Source: Octopus sinensis
Taxonomy: Eukaryota
Direction: 5' to 3'
DNA: 64,000 nt
NCBI RefSeq assembly: GCF_006345805.1
Contig: NC_043002.1
Coordinates: 79,050,001-79,114,000 of the forward strand
The position numbers and the translations under genes are program-made. Of this stretch, positions 49,036 to 63,069 are shown one piece after another. Numbering within the stretch: position 1 is the stretch's first letter; the number at the start of each line of letters is the position of its first letter. The notes under the pieces are model-generated. The model saw nothing but the letters and a program-made list of their open reading frames with translations. It was not told where the DNA came from and did not search any database.

Positions 49036-50759
49036 TCTGCCATTTCTAACATTTCAAATGACCGTCCACAGACACTCACATCTCGTGGTGTTATCATTAT
49101 TGTTTTTATTTAACCCTTGGTCAAACCTGAGCGAGTATACCTATAAACAAAATCTTATCATTCGAATCATTTCGTCTCTTTGTATACTTAGGGCTACGTT
49201 CTTCAATGTATGTTTTAATTTATGAATCAGGTGCGTGTAATTTGAGGGAGATCTGATTACTATTTCTGATAGGTCAAATATCTATGAAGATGCTCTTTCA
49301 ACGCTTCGTGTTCTTGTTGTTGTTGTCGATGCTAGTGGTGGCAGCGGCGGCGGTGGTGGTTATGGGTGTGGTGGTGGTGGTGGTGGGGGTTTGACAGCAA
49401 CGGCTGGTGCTTCGGATGCAGTATTGATGTTTACTGCAGATGATGGCAGAGTCGGTGCTGGCGGCGATGATGTCGTTTTTTAACCCAAGGTCAGGCCTGA
49501 TCCAGGTGGCACGTGCACAAAGACATCACAGTCTATGTTTCATTTATGTGTCCTTCTATTTTCAAGCTACTCAGGAGCACTTTGGGTGAGATTTAACTGG
49601 CATTTCTTGCAAGTCAATTGCTTAGGGATTATCTCGAGGGTGTGTCGTATCTGTTTGGTTTAAAAATTACAGGGAACATGGCTGCTAAAAAGTCTCACTG
49701 CTGCCATTGCTGCTACTGCTGCTGAAGGTGTTGATACTATTACTGTTGCTGCTGTTTCTGCCGTTGCTGCTGCAACTGTCACTTATAGTGCTGCTGTTGC
49801 TACTGTTATATAATTCGGGTAGAAAGTGATGTAGAGAATGACATCACAAAATATGCTCAATGAATGGATATTTACCTCTTAGTTGTAGAAATGAAGGCCT
49901 GAGCCAAGCGGTCATCGTTAGCGAATCTCAAGAACTTAACGGTTAATTTCACGGACAAAAGTTCATTTCTATCATACGTTTACGGATGGCAGTACTGGTT
50001 GTGTATCGGTAGTGGATTTGGTGGTAGTGGTGGAAGTAGAGATGCCGGTGGTGACGGAAGAGATGGCGGTGGCGATGGTGACGGTGACGGTGATGGTGGT
50101 GGTGGTTGTGGTGGTGGTTGTGGTGGTGGTGGTGGTGGTGGTGGTGGTGATGGTGGTGGAGAAAATCGTGGAGATGTGGAGAAAGTGGTGATGGTGTTGG
50201 GTGGTAGTTGTAGCTTTCGCAATGGTGATGGTGCTTGCAGTAGGGATGGTTGTGGTGGGGGATATTGTGGTTGTGGTAGAGGTGGTGGTGGTGGTGGTGG
50301 TAGAGGAGGTGGTGGTGGTGGTGGTTGTGGCTTTAGTGGTGGTAGTATTGATTGTGTTTGTAATGTTGGTGGTGGTTATGCATGTACTGATGGTGGTAGT
50401 AGTGGTGGTAGAGTAGGCAGCTGTGGTGATAGTAGTAGTGGTTGCGGTGATGGTAAAATCTTTGATCTTTGTTAACTGTTATATAGTTTTAAACGTTGTT
50501 TTAAAGTTTATTCGCGTTGCTGCCGCTATTACGCTTACTGTTACTGGTTTTAACGACGCTGATTCAACAGACCGATAATTATAGCCACTCCAGCCGTGAC
50601 TATCCCATTATTTTATTCTTAAGATGTATTTTATATTTAAGTACATTGTTCAATGTACCTTCCATTCATCAAACATACAACAATTTAAAAGGAACGGTAA
50701 ACAGACCAATCACACCGGTATGGAAATCTCGCTGGACAGGCGTTCACCTTAGCAGCTTT

Positions 50760-51400
50760 TTGGGACCCTAATACCTATAATATTTATTTATTGATAGCAA
50801 GCAACAGCATACAGAATGTAGATTGGGCCCCTAGACCCGTGAAGATTCTGGACAAATCAATACATTGAGCCCTATGGTATTTAGTTAGTAACTACAAGTT
50901 ACAGCTTTCATAGCTAAGAACTAGGTCTCCAGTCACGAGCGGTAGCCCTGCACATCAATTCACTGAACCCTAAAGTAACTATTTATTGACAGCAACCCAA
51001 AGCATGTATAGTAAGAACTGGGCTCTTACTATACATACAGATCAGTACACTGGGCCCTATTATATTTATTTACGGACAGTAAACTGAAGCATGCATAGAG
51101 AAGAATTTAGGCCCTTACATCAGTGAGGACACCTGGTAAATCAATGCATTGGGGTTTATACTATCTATTGAAATCAAGATAAGAACAGCGCCCTAGACCT
51201 GCGTTAACTCAGATCAGTATTCTGGGCCCTATAATACTTATTTACTGAGAACAATTCAAAGCATGTATTGAGTAGAATTGAGCCCCTACATTGAAGAAGA
51301 CAGAGAGTAAACCAATGGATTGGGTCATGTACTATTTATGGACAACGAGTCACAGCAGACATAGATCAGAATCGGGTCACGCCATTCGTGAGCTCCCTTG
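50760..51400. repeat. Old degenerate ~90-bp tandem repeat, ~7 units
   Basis: Recurring ATCA.TAC.CTGGGCCCTA..TATTTATT.A..GACA..AAAGCATG.ATAG..AAGAA at 74-100-bp spacing. Confidence 0.6.
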
Positions 51401-51719
51401 GACTACTGCCCTGTCTGCTAGCAGCTTAAGACATCATTGGGCCTACGTTGACCATGGGCGCTGTCACATCTTCCAAAGCCTACTCAACTAAAAGCAAAAT
51501 TCAGAAAATAGATTTGACTGCTGATTCTAATAAGTCGAAGGACCAAGTAAGAAAAAACCTTCTTACCAATCTGGTAATTCTTGCAGTTGTTGGTGCCATT
51601 GCAGTTATTGGTGCCATCGCAGTTATTGGTGCCATTGGTGTGTCTTTTAGTCGTTGTTCTTTGTTTGTCGTTGCTGTTATTAATTAAAATGGTTTTAAAT
51701 TGATACTGTTCTCAAGGCT

Positions 51720-51928
51720 TGATTGTTATTGCTATCGATATTGTTGTTGTTGTTGTTGTTGTTTTTAATGCTGTCACAGTTGTTGCTCTTGCGGCCGTAC
51801 CAATTGTTGTTGTTATTGTTGTTGTTGCTGCTGCTGCTGTTGTTTTTATTGCTGCTGCAGTTCTATCTTTACTGCTGTTGCTGCCGCCGCCGCTGCGTTT
51901 TGTTTTTTGGTTGTAGTTGTTGTTTTCA

Positions 51929-51961
<33 letters not shown>

Positions 51962-52509
51962 CTCCTGCTGTTACTGTTGTTACTGCTGCTTTAACATGGT
52001 TGTTGTTATTGTTATTGTTGTTGTTGTTGTTCATAGGAGGAATGATGATGGTGATACAACGGCGATGATGAGGACAACAACGACCACGATGGTAACGATG
52101 ATCAATTTCATGATGACGACAACCACAATGCCGACGACTATAATGATGATGAGGAGGAGGAGGAGGAGGAGGACGATGATTATGATGATGACGATGATGA
52201 TGGTGAGGATGATGAAGATGAATGACGATGGTAATAGTGGTGCTGGTGACGCTGGTGCTGGTGGTTTTGGTGATGGTAATAACGATGATTACGGCGTGCA
52301 ATATGATCACGACGATTGTGGGGGGGTGAGTGCTGGTGGTGTGATGGTGGTGATGGTGATGATGGTGTTGGCGGTGGTGGGGTGTTAACAGTGGTGGCAG
52401 TGGTGATGATGCTGATGACGATGAGGTTGATGATGATGATCACGATAATGATGACGCTAATGATGACGACGCTGATGACGACGATGATGACGATGATGAT
52501 GATGATGAC

Positions 52510-52542
<33 letters not shown>

Positions 52543-52591
52543 AATGATGATGACGATGACGCCGACGACGATGATGCTCGTGCTAATGATA

Positions 52592-52622
<31 letters not shown>

Positions 52623-54162
52623 CGATGACGATGATGATGCTGATGCTGATGCTGATGCTGATGCTGATGGTGACGACGATGACGACGATACTGACGTCCA
52701 TGATAACGTTGTAAGAAGGAAGAGAATTTTTATGATGGTAACCACTGCTGCTGTTGCAGATGCTGCAGTTATTGATTCTATAATCTTTGCTGACGATGTT
52801 TATTGATTTTTGTTTATTGTTTATGCCCATTGTGTGTGCGTGGTGGTGGCGGCCGCGGCGACGGTGGCGGCGGGGTGGATGGGGGGTGAAAGCGGGGGGT
52901 GGAGGCGGCGGTATGGGAGGGGGGGCTTTTTTAATATATTTTCGTGGTGATTCTGGTAGTGCTAGGAATGGGAGTGGAAGTGGGAGTGGGGGGGGGGGGC
53001 GTGCGGAGGTGGAATGTGTGGCTGCGGAATTTGTTATGTTCATTGCTCTCATATTGCTCTATATCACTTGCTCCTCACTTCTCTCTCTCTCTCTCTCTCT
53101 CTCTCTTCACACTCTCTCTCTCCCTCTCTCTCGCTCTCTCATTCTCTCTCCCCATTTATATATACATATATATATTTGTGCGTAAATATATATATTTATA
53201 TATATATATACACATAGACTTATCATTTATATATATAATACATAAACGTACATATATATCAATATTTATACACATATATGTATAAGTATATACATATAAG
53301 TATACACACACATATATATACATATGTATATATATATGTATGTATATATATATACATATATATATATATGTATATACATGCATATATATGTATATACATA
53401 TATGTATATATATATATGTGTGTGTATATAAACATATATATATATATATACAAATATATATATGCATATATGTATATACATATATATACATATATATACA
53501 TATATATATATATATAGGTATATACATATATATATATACATGTATATACATAGATGTATACGCATATGTATACATACACATACATACGTACATGTGTGTG
53601 TGTGCGTGTGTGTGTGTGCGTGTTTCCTCGTATACCAATTTGATATCTATATGTTTTTGTTTATTGCTGGTTTTGTAATTTCATTGGCGATGTTATTGTT
53701 GTTTATGTTCATGTCTGTATCGATGACAACGATGACGATGATGATGATCATCATCATCGTCATCATCATTTTGATGGTGGTTGTGATGGTTGTTGTTGTT
53801 GCTGTTGAGATGGTGGTGGTGGTGGTGGTGGTGGTGGTGGTGGTGGTGGTAGTCGTCGTCGTCGTCATAGTAGTAGTAATGATGATGGTGATGATGATGA
53901 TGATGATATTCTTGTTAATTTTGCTGAGTCTTTTGTATTTTATTTTATATCATTTTCATATTTTTTATTTTATTTTATTTTTTTTTGTATGTGTTTTGTG
54001 TTCCGGTTTTTGTTTTTGCAGACGTTGAATCTGCTCCTGCAGATATTAATAATGGTCGTTGGTGGTCACATTCATTACCATCACGTCCTCCACCAACAGC
54101 CCAGCAACTACCCCAACCTTTACCGTCACCACCATCACTACCACCATTGCCATCACTACCAA

Positions 54163-54201
<39 letters not shown>

Positions 54202-54363
54202 GAGCATCATCACCATCCCCATCATTATTATCATCATTACCGTCATCATCATCGTAACCAACATTATCATAATCGTCAACATTATAATCGTTATCATCGT
54301 CGTCATCATCTTCATTGGCATCATCATTAGCGTCTTCATGATGAATGATGATGACAATAAACA

Positions 54364-54398
<35 letters not shown>

Positions 54399-54434
54399 AA
54401 TCATCATCATCATAATCATCATGATAATCATCAT

Positions 54435-54467
<33 letters not shown>

Positions 54468-54703
54468 GACCATCGCCATCATCGTCATCTTCATTATTGA
54501 TCTTAAGATCTTTCGTCTTGAGAGGGTATTACTGCATGTATTTTCCTTGGATAGAAGCTATAATGGCGGTTATAGGGTTACTAATTACTGCTGAAATGTT
54601 TAGTGATAAGACTTTTTTTCTACTATTCATGATGGCGACAACGACGTTGGCGATGATGATGATGATGATGAGGATGATGATGATGATGGTGGTGGTGGTG
54701 GTG

Positions 54704-54735
<32 letters not shown>

Positions 54736-55342
54736 GGTGGTCGTGGTCGTCGTCGTCGTCGTGGTCGTGGTGTGGTGATGGTGGTGGCGGCGTTGGCGGC
54801 GGCGATGGTGGTGGTGGTGGGGTGGTGGTGGTGGTGGTAGTCGTCGTCGTCGTCATAGTAGTAGTAATGATGATGGTGATGATGATGATGATGATATTCT
54901 TGTTAATTTTGCTGAGTCTTTTGTATTTTATTTTATATCATTTTCATATTTTTTATTTTATTTTATTTTTTTTTGTATGTGTTTTGTGTTCCGGTTTTTG
55001 TTTTTGCAGACGTTGAATCTGCTCCTGCAGATATTAATAATGGTCGTTGGTGGTCACATTCATTACCATCACGTCCTCCACCAACAGCCCAGCAACTACC
55101 CCAACCTTTACCGTCACCACCATCACTACCACCATTGCCATCACTACCAACATCATCATCATCATCATCATCATCATCATGAGCATCATCACCATCCCCA
55201 TCATTATTATCATCATTACCGTCATCATCATCGTAACCAACATTATCATAATCGTCAACATTATAATCGTTATCATCGTCGTCATCATCTTCATTGGCAT
55301 CATCATTAGCGTCTTCATGATGAATGATGATGACAATAAACA

Positions 55343-55377
<35 letters not shown>

Positions 55378-55413
55378 AATCATCATCATCATAATCATCA
55401 TGATAATCATCAT

Positions 55414-55446
<33 letters not shown>

Positions 55447-55679
55447 GACCATCGCCATCATCGTCATCTTCATTATTGATCTTAAGATCTTTCGTCTTGA
55501 GAGGGTATTACTGCATGTATTTTCCTTGGATAGAAGCTATAATGGCGGTTATAGGGTTACTAATTACTGCTGAAATGTTTAGTGATAAGACTTTTTTTCT
55601 ACTATTCATGATGGCGACAACGACGTTGGCGATGATGATGATGATGAGGATGATGATGATGATGGTGGTGGTGGTGGTG

Positions 55680-55711
<32 letters not shown>

Positions 55712-56005
55712 GGTGGTCGTGGTCGTCGTCGTGGTCGTGGTGTGGTGATGGTGGTGGCGGCGTTGGCGGCGGCGATGGTGGTGGTGGTGATGGTGCTGCT
55801 GCTAGTAGTGGTGGTGATGATGCTGACGATGAGGGTGATAATGATGATGATGATGCTGATGACGACGATGACAACGACGAAGATGATGATGACGATGAAT
55901 GATGAATGGTGATGATGATGGCGATGATGACGTCGATGAAGATGGGGATGATGATGATGATGATGATGACGACGATGATGAAGCAATTGGAAACAGGGAT
56001 GATGA
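51720..56005. repeat. ~4.3-kb low-complexity block of trinucleotide (GAT/GGT/GTC/CAT/GCT) and (TA)n repeats
   Basis: Directly visible; all ORFs here are homopolymeric read-through. A similar GGT block lies at 49990-50460. Confidence 0.95.
53851..55789. repeat. ~0.98-kb tandem duplication (53851-54838 and 54839-55789)
   Basis: Unique segments are identical in both copies; differences are in repeat tract lengths. Confidence 0.9.
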
Positions 56006-56883
56006 GAACAATGATTATAAAGAATGAAAGATAGAATAGGTTAAATATTTGGAAGGAGGAGGAAAGAAGCATTTTTAATGATTAAGACTTAGAACTAGGA
56101 CTGCTTTGGCGCTTTTGCTCTTTGATATTAATCATTCTCTCAGAATTACTGAAAATATTTCCTCCTAATTTCTAACCACTTGAGAAACATTTAGCTCCGT
56201 GCTTTTTCTACTGTTTTGTCTCCCAATGGCACATAATATTGCAATAATAGATAATGTGTCTGGAAGATTATCAGGGCTCTTTGTGTTTGGTAAGTTAAAT
56301 ATAATTGACTGAAAGATTCAACAACTTTAGAAACGTCCTCAATTTTAATCTTCAGTTATTTACAGTTTGATTTAATTAAACTAAAATTGCTGTTGTCGAT
56401 TTAATTAACTAAAATTGCGAACGTGGAAGACAGCGTAGAAATTTGGATGTAGTTCTGGCAGTTCCCAGGGATTCACCTACCCTTAAGTATTGAACGATTG
56501 TCGTTGCATAGAATGAAACTACATTCGAAAGAATTCAGGATGATACACATACCGCCATTATCATACCTAGAAGAGGTACTCCCTACTGACTTGTATAAAT
56601 CACTTACAGATACACTGCCTCTGACTTACAAGTACGTTGTTTCAACTTTCTACCTTTTTGACCACGACTATAATGGCCTCTGATTCTCAGAGTTGGCTGA
56701 GCTCGTGTCAATTCTTCTTCGTCATTTGTGCACTCATCACAGTTGTTCTGCCCAACATCCAGTGGCCCAGCAACAAAATTTGCTAAGGGGGTGAAAACCC
56801 GGGTCCTAATTTTTTTTATGAAAAATGTGGATTTTTCCAGTGTTAACATTAAAACAAATGCAGATATGATAATTTTTATTATT

Positions 56884-57360
56884 ATGAGGGTCGGCTGAAA
56901 TGTTCATAATCTGAGCAAGACACTCTCAATGGAATGTGACCAAATGAAGTTCATTTTCTAACATAGTTCCTCTTACTGTCCACACACTTCCATTAGTAGT
57001 TGCAGTGCTTGGGTCTCACTGGTGAAGGAGCTTTTCTGTTGATCAAAATGGTCATCAACAACAGATAAGATGTTCTCATCATAGTGATACTGGTGCTCAG
57101 CTGAGTGTTTTTCTATGTTGGGAAACAGATGATAACCAGAAGGAACCAAATCACTAACACAGAGAGCATGATCAACCGGTTCAAAGCCAGTCACATACAG
57201 CAGCCATTGAAACCAAGGATTTGTTTGCTGAAGCATTGTCCTAATGAAACAGTTTTTCTGGGTGTTTGGTCTTGATAGCCTTTCATAACTGCCTTAGGAA
57301 GTTGGTATTGAAATTTTCCATTGATGGTATGATCATTTTGAAGATAGCCAATAAACACAA
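56884..57360 (-). mobile_element. mariner 3' fragment with TIR
   Basis: TATGAGGGTCGGCTGAAATGTTCATA TIR; minus-strand DLVPSGYHLFPNIEKH..VVDDHFDQQ is a decayed form of DLAPSDYHLFP. Confidence 0.75.
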
Positions 57361-57679
57361 TATTTTTTGCATTAATGCATAGTATATATAATAATGTTAA
57401 GTATATTTTGCAAATTAAAATGTTTAATTTTGGAAATGTATCAAGCAGAGCTAAAATAAGCAGTAAAAATACAAATAGCAAGTATTTCAAAATGTGGGAC
57501 ACTACATGACAAAAACTAACAAAAAAGGGAAGAAAATAGTGCTGCTTGTATTCCAAAGGTACAATGAGAAGGCTCAGGAGAAGGATAGAGAGATGGGATA
57601 GAGGGAAGGAAGTTAGAAGGAAAGAAAAGAATGAAAGTGAAAAGATAAATTGGGGATCTGAAATGAGTACTAGGCAGGA

Positions 57680-57872
57680 AATTGGCCCCTGTGCCGGTAG
57701 CACGTAAAAATAGCACCCACTACACTCTCAGAGTGGTTGGCGTTAGTTAGGGCATCCAGCTGTAGAAACACTGCCAGATCAGACTGGAGCCTGGTGCAGC
57801 CTCCTGGCTTCCCAGGCCCCAGTCGAACCATTCAACCTATTCTAGCATGGAAAATGGACATTAAACGATGAT
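57680..57872 (+). mobile_element. SINE family D
   Basis: GCACGTAAAAATAGCACCCACTACACTCTCAGAGTGGTTGGCGTTAG..GGGCATCCAGCTGTAGAAAC..AAACGATGATG. Confidence 0.8.
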
Positions 57873-58329
57873 GTCTTAACTATGCATTGGTCAAGTAGAA
57901 AAACGATGAGTGACAAAAATTGGATTGTCTTTTGGTATTAAAAAAGTGAAGAAAGAGAGTAGAGAAGGTTCGGAAAGAGCAAGTAGGAAGAAAAAGAGAG
58001 TGCGGAGAAATAAGAGAGTAAAGATAGACAGTAGGTAGTTGACAGAGATGGACAGAGGAAGAAATGGAAGGCAGTAAAGAGAGAAAAGCAGCAGATAGGT
58101 AGAGAGGTAGATAGAGGGGAGAGGAGAAGGACAGAGAAATAGATAGAAAAGAGAGACAGTCTTGCACCAAATATTGAACACTGCGTAGGGTACCACTGAG
58201 TGGGAACAGAAGTGAGTGTGTGACATTACATTGACTAACAGACCTAAAATACTGCACTGAAAGTAAAAAAACACACATATATAATGATAAAGGAAATTGT
58301 TGTATACAGTGCTCAGGTGCACTACAACT

Positions 58330-59155
58330 AAAAAGGAAAAAAATGGCCACCAGGTGTACTGTTGGCGGATTTCAGGACACATGGAAGTTTTGAAGGATGT
58401 AGTGTCTTGACAGCTAACAACTGATGCATGTGGTTTATTCCATGTTTCTGCAATTCTGAGCATGAAAAATTGTTTCCGAAAGTCATGGGTGCTGTGTTGT
58501 TTTTGATTTTATAAGCATGTCCGTGAGTGTTTGTCATATGGAATTCAAAAAGTTACCCAAGGTTGTTGTTGTTGGAAATATGGTGGATAATCTTGTGGGT
58601 GTCAATCAAGACAGTTGCCAGACGTCTGGGCTTCAATGTATCCACGTCCAGGAATACAAGACGTTCAGAGTATGGTAGATGTCTGACGGTGGGTATTTGC
58701 TTTGTTGCACATTTCTGAACAGTTTCCAGGAGATTTATATGCTGAGAAAGAGAGGGGTTCCAGACTGGTGATGCGAATTCCAAGTGTGGATATACCATTG
58801 TTGTATGCAGTTTTAAATAGATAACTGGAGAGTGGCTGACAAAGGTCTTACTGAGTGATGCTAGCATCCCATCAGCCTTTTTGACATTCTTAGATATGTG
58901 GTTTGTCCAATGCAGATTGTTGTTTACAATAATACCCAGAACATGTCCACCACAAGACTTCTTGAGGTAGGTGTTGCTGAAGCATTATTTAAAAGCTGGT
59001 TTTTTCCTTCCAAAATGCATGGTGACACACTTGTCTACAGATAGCTTGAGTTGCCAGTCAGAGGTCCACTGCAGCAGTGTATCCAGATCTGATTGCAGGA
59101 TAGTATGTTCTTTTTATTTCAGGGTACAGCTTGGTATCATCTGCATATTTCAACA
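58330..59155 (-). mobile_element. CR1-like LINE 3' fragment
   Basis: LHTTMVYPHLEFASPVWNPSL..LLETVQKCATK..LPYSERL..RRL; ADDTKLY near 59140. Confidence 0.8.
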
Positions 59156-59157
59156 CT

Positions 59158-60961
59158 AAATTTTCCAGGAAGTTTTCCAGCAAATTTCCCGGAAGTTAGA
59201 AAATCCCCGGAACGTCCCAGGAGGTTTTCGACGAAATTTCCAGGAAGTTAGAAAATCCTCGCAACTTTCCAGGACGTTTTCGACCAAATTTCTCGTAAGT
59301 TAGAAACCGTCGGATATTTACAGACACTTTTCGAATAAGCATCCCAGAAGTTAGAAAACCCTCGGAACTTCCCAGGTAGTTCTCGACCAAATTTCCCGGA
59401 AGTTAGAAAATCCTCGGACATTTCCAGAAACTTTTCGACCAAATATCCCGGAAGTAAGAAAATCATCGGAACTTTTTGGGAAGTTTTCGACCAAGTTTCC
59501 CAGAAGCTTGAAAATCATCGGAACTTTCCAGAAACTTTTCGACCAGATATCCCTGAAGTTAGAAAATCATCGGAACTTTCCAGAAACTTTTCGACCAAAT
59601 ACCCCTGAAGTTAGAAAATCCTCGGAACTTTCCAGAAACTTTTCGACCAAATATCCCTCAAGTTAGAAAATCCTCGAAACTTCTCGATGGAATTTTCGAC
59701 CAAATTTCCCGAAAGTTAGAAAATACTCGTAACTTTCAGGGAACTTTCCGACCAAATATCCCGGAAGTTAGAAAATCCTCGGAACTTCCCAGAAAGTTTT
59801 AGACCAAATTTCCCGGAAGTTAGAAAAACTCGGATCTTTCCAGGAAGTTTTCAACCAAATTTCCCGGAAGTTATAAAATCTTTGGAACTACCCAGGAAGC
59901 CTTTGACGAAATTTCCCGGAAGTTAGAAAGTCATCGGAAATGTCCAAAAAGTGTTCGGCCAAATTTCCCTGAAGTTAAAAATCCTCGGAACATTCGATGA
60001 CATTTTTGACTAAATATCCCGGAAGTTAGGAAATCCTCGGAGCTTTTCAGGAAATTGTCAACCAAATTACGAGGAAGTTAAAACATCCTCGAAAGGTTCG
60101 AGGAAATTTTTGACCAAGTTTCCTGGAATCTAGAAATTCCGCGGAAATTTCCAGAAACTTTTCGTCCAAATTTCCCGGAAGTTAAAAAACCCTCAGAACT
60201 TTCCAGAGACGCTTCTGCCAAATACCCGGTAAGTTAGAAAATCATCGGTACTTCCCAGGAAGATTTCGAGAAAATTTCCATGAAGTTAGAAAATCTTCGG
60301 GACTTCCCGATGAGATTTTTGACCAAATTTCCCGAAAGTTACGAGTAACTTTCGGGGAACATTTCGACCAGATATGCTGGAATTTAAAAAATCCTCGGAA
60401 CTTTCCAGGAAGTTTTCTATCAAATTTCCCGGAAGTTAGAAAATCCTCGGAACTGTCCAGGAAAATTTCGACCAAGTATCCCGCAAGTGAGAAAATTCTC
60501 GGAACTTCCCAGAAAGTTTTCGACCAAATTTTCCGGAAGTTAGAAAGTTATCGGAACTCCCCAGGAAATTTTTGACCAAATTTCCCAGATGTTATAAAAT
60601 ATAGGGAACTTTCCAGGTTTTCGACCAACTTTCCGGGAAATTAGAAAATCCTCGGTACGTTCCAGTAAATTTTCTGTCAAATTTCCCGGAAGTTAGAAAA
60701 TCCTCAGAACTTTCCAGGAAGCGTTTGATCACATTTCCTGGAACTTAGAAAATCCTTGTAACTTTCCAGGAAATTTTTGACCAAATATCCCAGAACTTAA
60801 AAAATCCCCGGAAGTTCCCAGGAACATTTTGACCAAATTTACCGGAAGCTAGAAAATCCTCGGAACTTCCCAGGAAGTTTTCGATCAAATTTCTCGGAAG
60901 TTAAAAAATCCTCGGAACTTTCCAGGAAATGCTTGATCAAATTTCTCGGAAGTTAGAAAAT
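59158..60961. repeat. 52-bp satellite, ~35 copies
   Basis: Consensus AAATTTCCCGGAAGTTAGAAAATCCTCGGAACTTTCCAGGAAGTTTTCGACC. Confidence 0.95.
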
Positions 60962-61329
60962 TTAACTGAAGGTATTTTACCAGTGGTCATTCCTTGTAAC
61001 CCTTCAATTTCTTCTATGAGACCGGATGCGTAAGAACATTAAAATTTAAGCATTAATTTATACTGCTCAGAACTAGCGTTTTCCCTAAAAATAAAACTAA
61101 CTACCGGTTCCCTTGTCATGAATGTTCATAGGATGCAGCCTATGAGTTTGCTGCATTTAAAGGTTAGTTTGATAAATATGGCTGATGAAAAATGCATCAT
61201 TTGACATGATTACACCCAAGTCCTGTATGTTTATTAGTGCTCTGAATCACTATGTTATCTTGTGTCAAATATTGCGATTTGGGTGAATTTGTTTGTAACG
61301 AAGATGCTGAAACTTTGATGTACTAATTT

Positions 61330-61990
61330 TCGTATTTTTTCTCGTTTAGATCCTAGCGATCGATATTCTTGTGTAATTAATTCCCTGATGTATACGACGT
61401 ATTACAGGTAACTTAGAGAGAAATCCATTTGCAGTGATAGGTTGACTCCTACCATATGGTGAGTTAAAAAACCATTCTTCGACTTTTCCTAAATTATGAC
61501 AGATGATTCCATGATCAGTCTTGTCAAACACCTTAACAATATCAAGATTTTAACAGTCAATGATCTTTCCCCTTAAGAGATTATTAGAGGTAGTGTTATG
61601 ATGCTGTAAGAATTGTGACAGGCAACTTCGTTCAGTCCGAAACCTAAACCTATACCGAGTGTCATCTAAGTTGTCTTCCTCCAGGAATGTTGTTACTTTT
61701 TGTCTTTGGACAAGGCATTGGATAATTTTAGACGTGTAAGACGTGAGGGAAACAGGTCTGTAATTTTTAGCTTCAGCACTGCTATCTCCTTTGTACCTAT
61801 ATAGGTTTTATTATAGCTTCTTTCAATAGTCTCGGGAATATGGCGGTATCTGGCGACTTTTGAAACAGTACCTTTAATGATTTCATGAGCTGGTTTTTGC
61901 ACGTTTTGAGCAATATAACTGGAATACTATTTGGTACAGATGCTGAGTTTGGGCCTAAATCATGAATAGTCGCAAGTATATCAACTTCCA
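61330..61990 (-). mobile_element. CR1-like RT fragment (older family)
   Basis: GPNSASVPNSIPVILLKTCK, KEAIIKPI, KNYRPVSLTS and FDKTDHGII across broken frames. Confidence 0.75.
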
Positions 61991-63060
61991 TGATACTAAT
62001 TTTAAGTTGTGTCTCTGCACTTGAGTTGTGGGATCAAAGACTTCGCTTGGATTATGCACGGGACTGCGATACGAACAGAGAATGCGGCCTTCCACCTGTT
62101 GAAACAAATGTGTCGGGGATAGAGTTTGCGATCATGCCTACGAAGACCTCTATCTGGCGCAGGGGTGACAATCTCCGCAAATGGTAGGCTTACATGTCCG
62201 TTGAATATGTTGAAAGTCGGATGAGGTCTCCCTGCATCCTCCGTCGTTTGAGTGAAGGCAATGCCAACCGTCGGAGATGTTCCTCTTAGACAAGCCCGCG
62301 CCCATTCGGGTGGCCAAGTGCTGAACCCATTCCAGGTGCTGAATGTCTTTCTGGAGATATGGGTTTGAGGTATGGATGTAATATTCGAGGATGGGTCGCA
62401 CTAGAGTGATATATACAGGCCAAAAGACATACATTGAAAGGTTAGCAAAGGATCGTTGGATGAGGAAAAGATTCCTTCTGGCTTTGTTCGCCGCCTCGAT
62501 ACCCTGCCGTGGTAGTTTGAAAGTAGTATCGATCATTATGCTGAGATCCTTTTCTTCACTGACCATCTTAAGATGCTGATGTTTCTGGCCAATTGTCAAG
62601 GGAGAGTTTGGAGGTGAACCTATTGGCAAATGGCTGCATTTTGAGGCGTTCAAGTTCAGATTCCATTCTTCCGCCCAATTCCAAGCTCGGTTCAGCGACA
62701 ATTGGAGTATGTCGTATTGATTCATAGGTGAAGCAAGTTTGACGTCATCTGCAAATAGGAGAACTCTTCCATCAAGAAAATCTGACAGGTCGTTGATATA
62801 GAGAAGGAAAAGTATTGGCCCCAGCACCGACCCCTGGGGAACACCGCTGCATGCATTCGTCTCCGCTGAGAGATCACCATTTATCTGCACCCAAAAGGTT
62901 CGATAGCTCAGGAAGGAAGAAATCCGCAAAGTCAACAATGGATGAATCTTGAATGCTCGAAGTTTGTGCAAGAGAAGTCAGTGATTAACGGAGTCAAATG
63001 CCTTTGCGAAGTCCAAAAATACCACGCCCACCAAGTCTTTTTCATCCATTCTTGTAATCT
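61991..63060 (-). mobile_element. CR1-like LINE RT region, 5'-truncated
   Basis: 273-aa ORF with SGVPQGSVLGPILFLLYINDL, LLFADDVKL and LVRPILEY; upstream VFLDFAKAFDSVNH. Confidence 0.9.
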
Positions 63061-63069
63061 TGTAATTCT

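Noticed and set aside
59158-60961. CRISPR-like regular array
   Set aside because: Continuous tandem units without unique spacers, eukaryotic context and no cas genes; it is a satellite.
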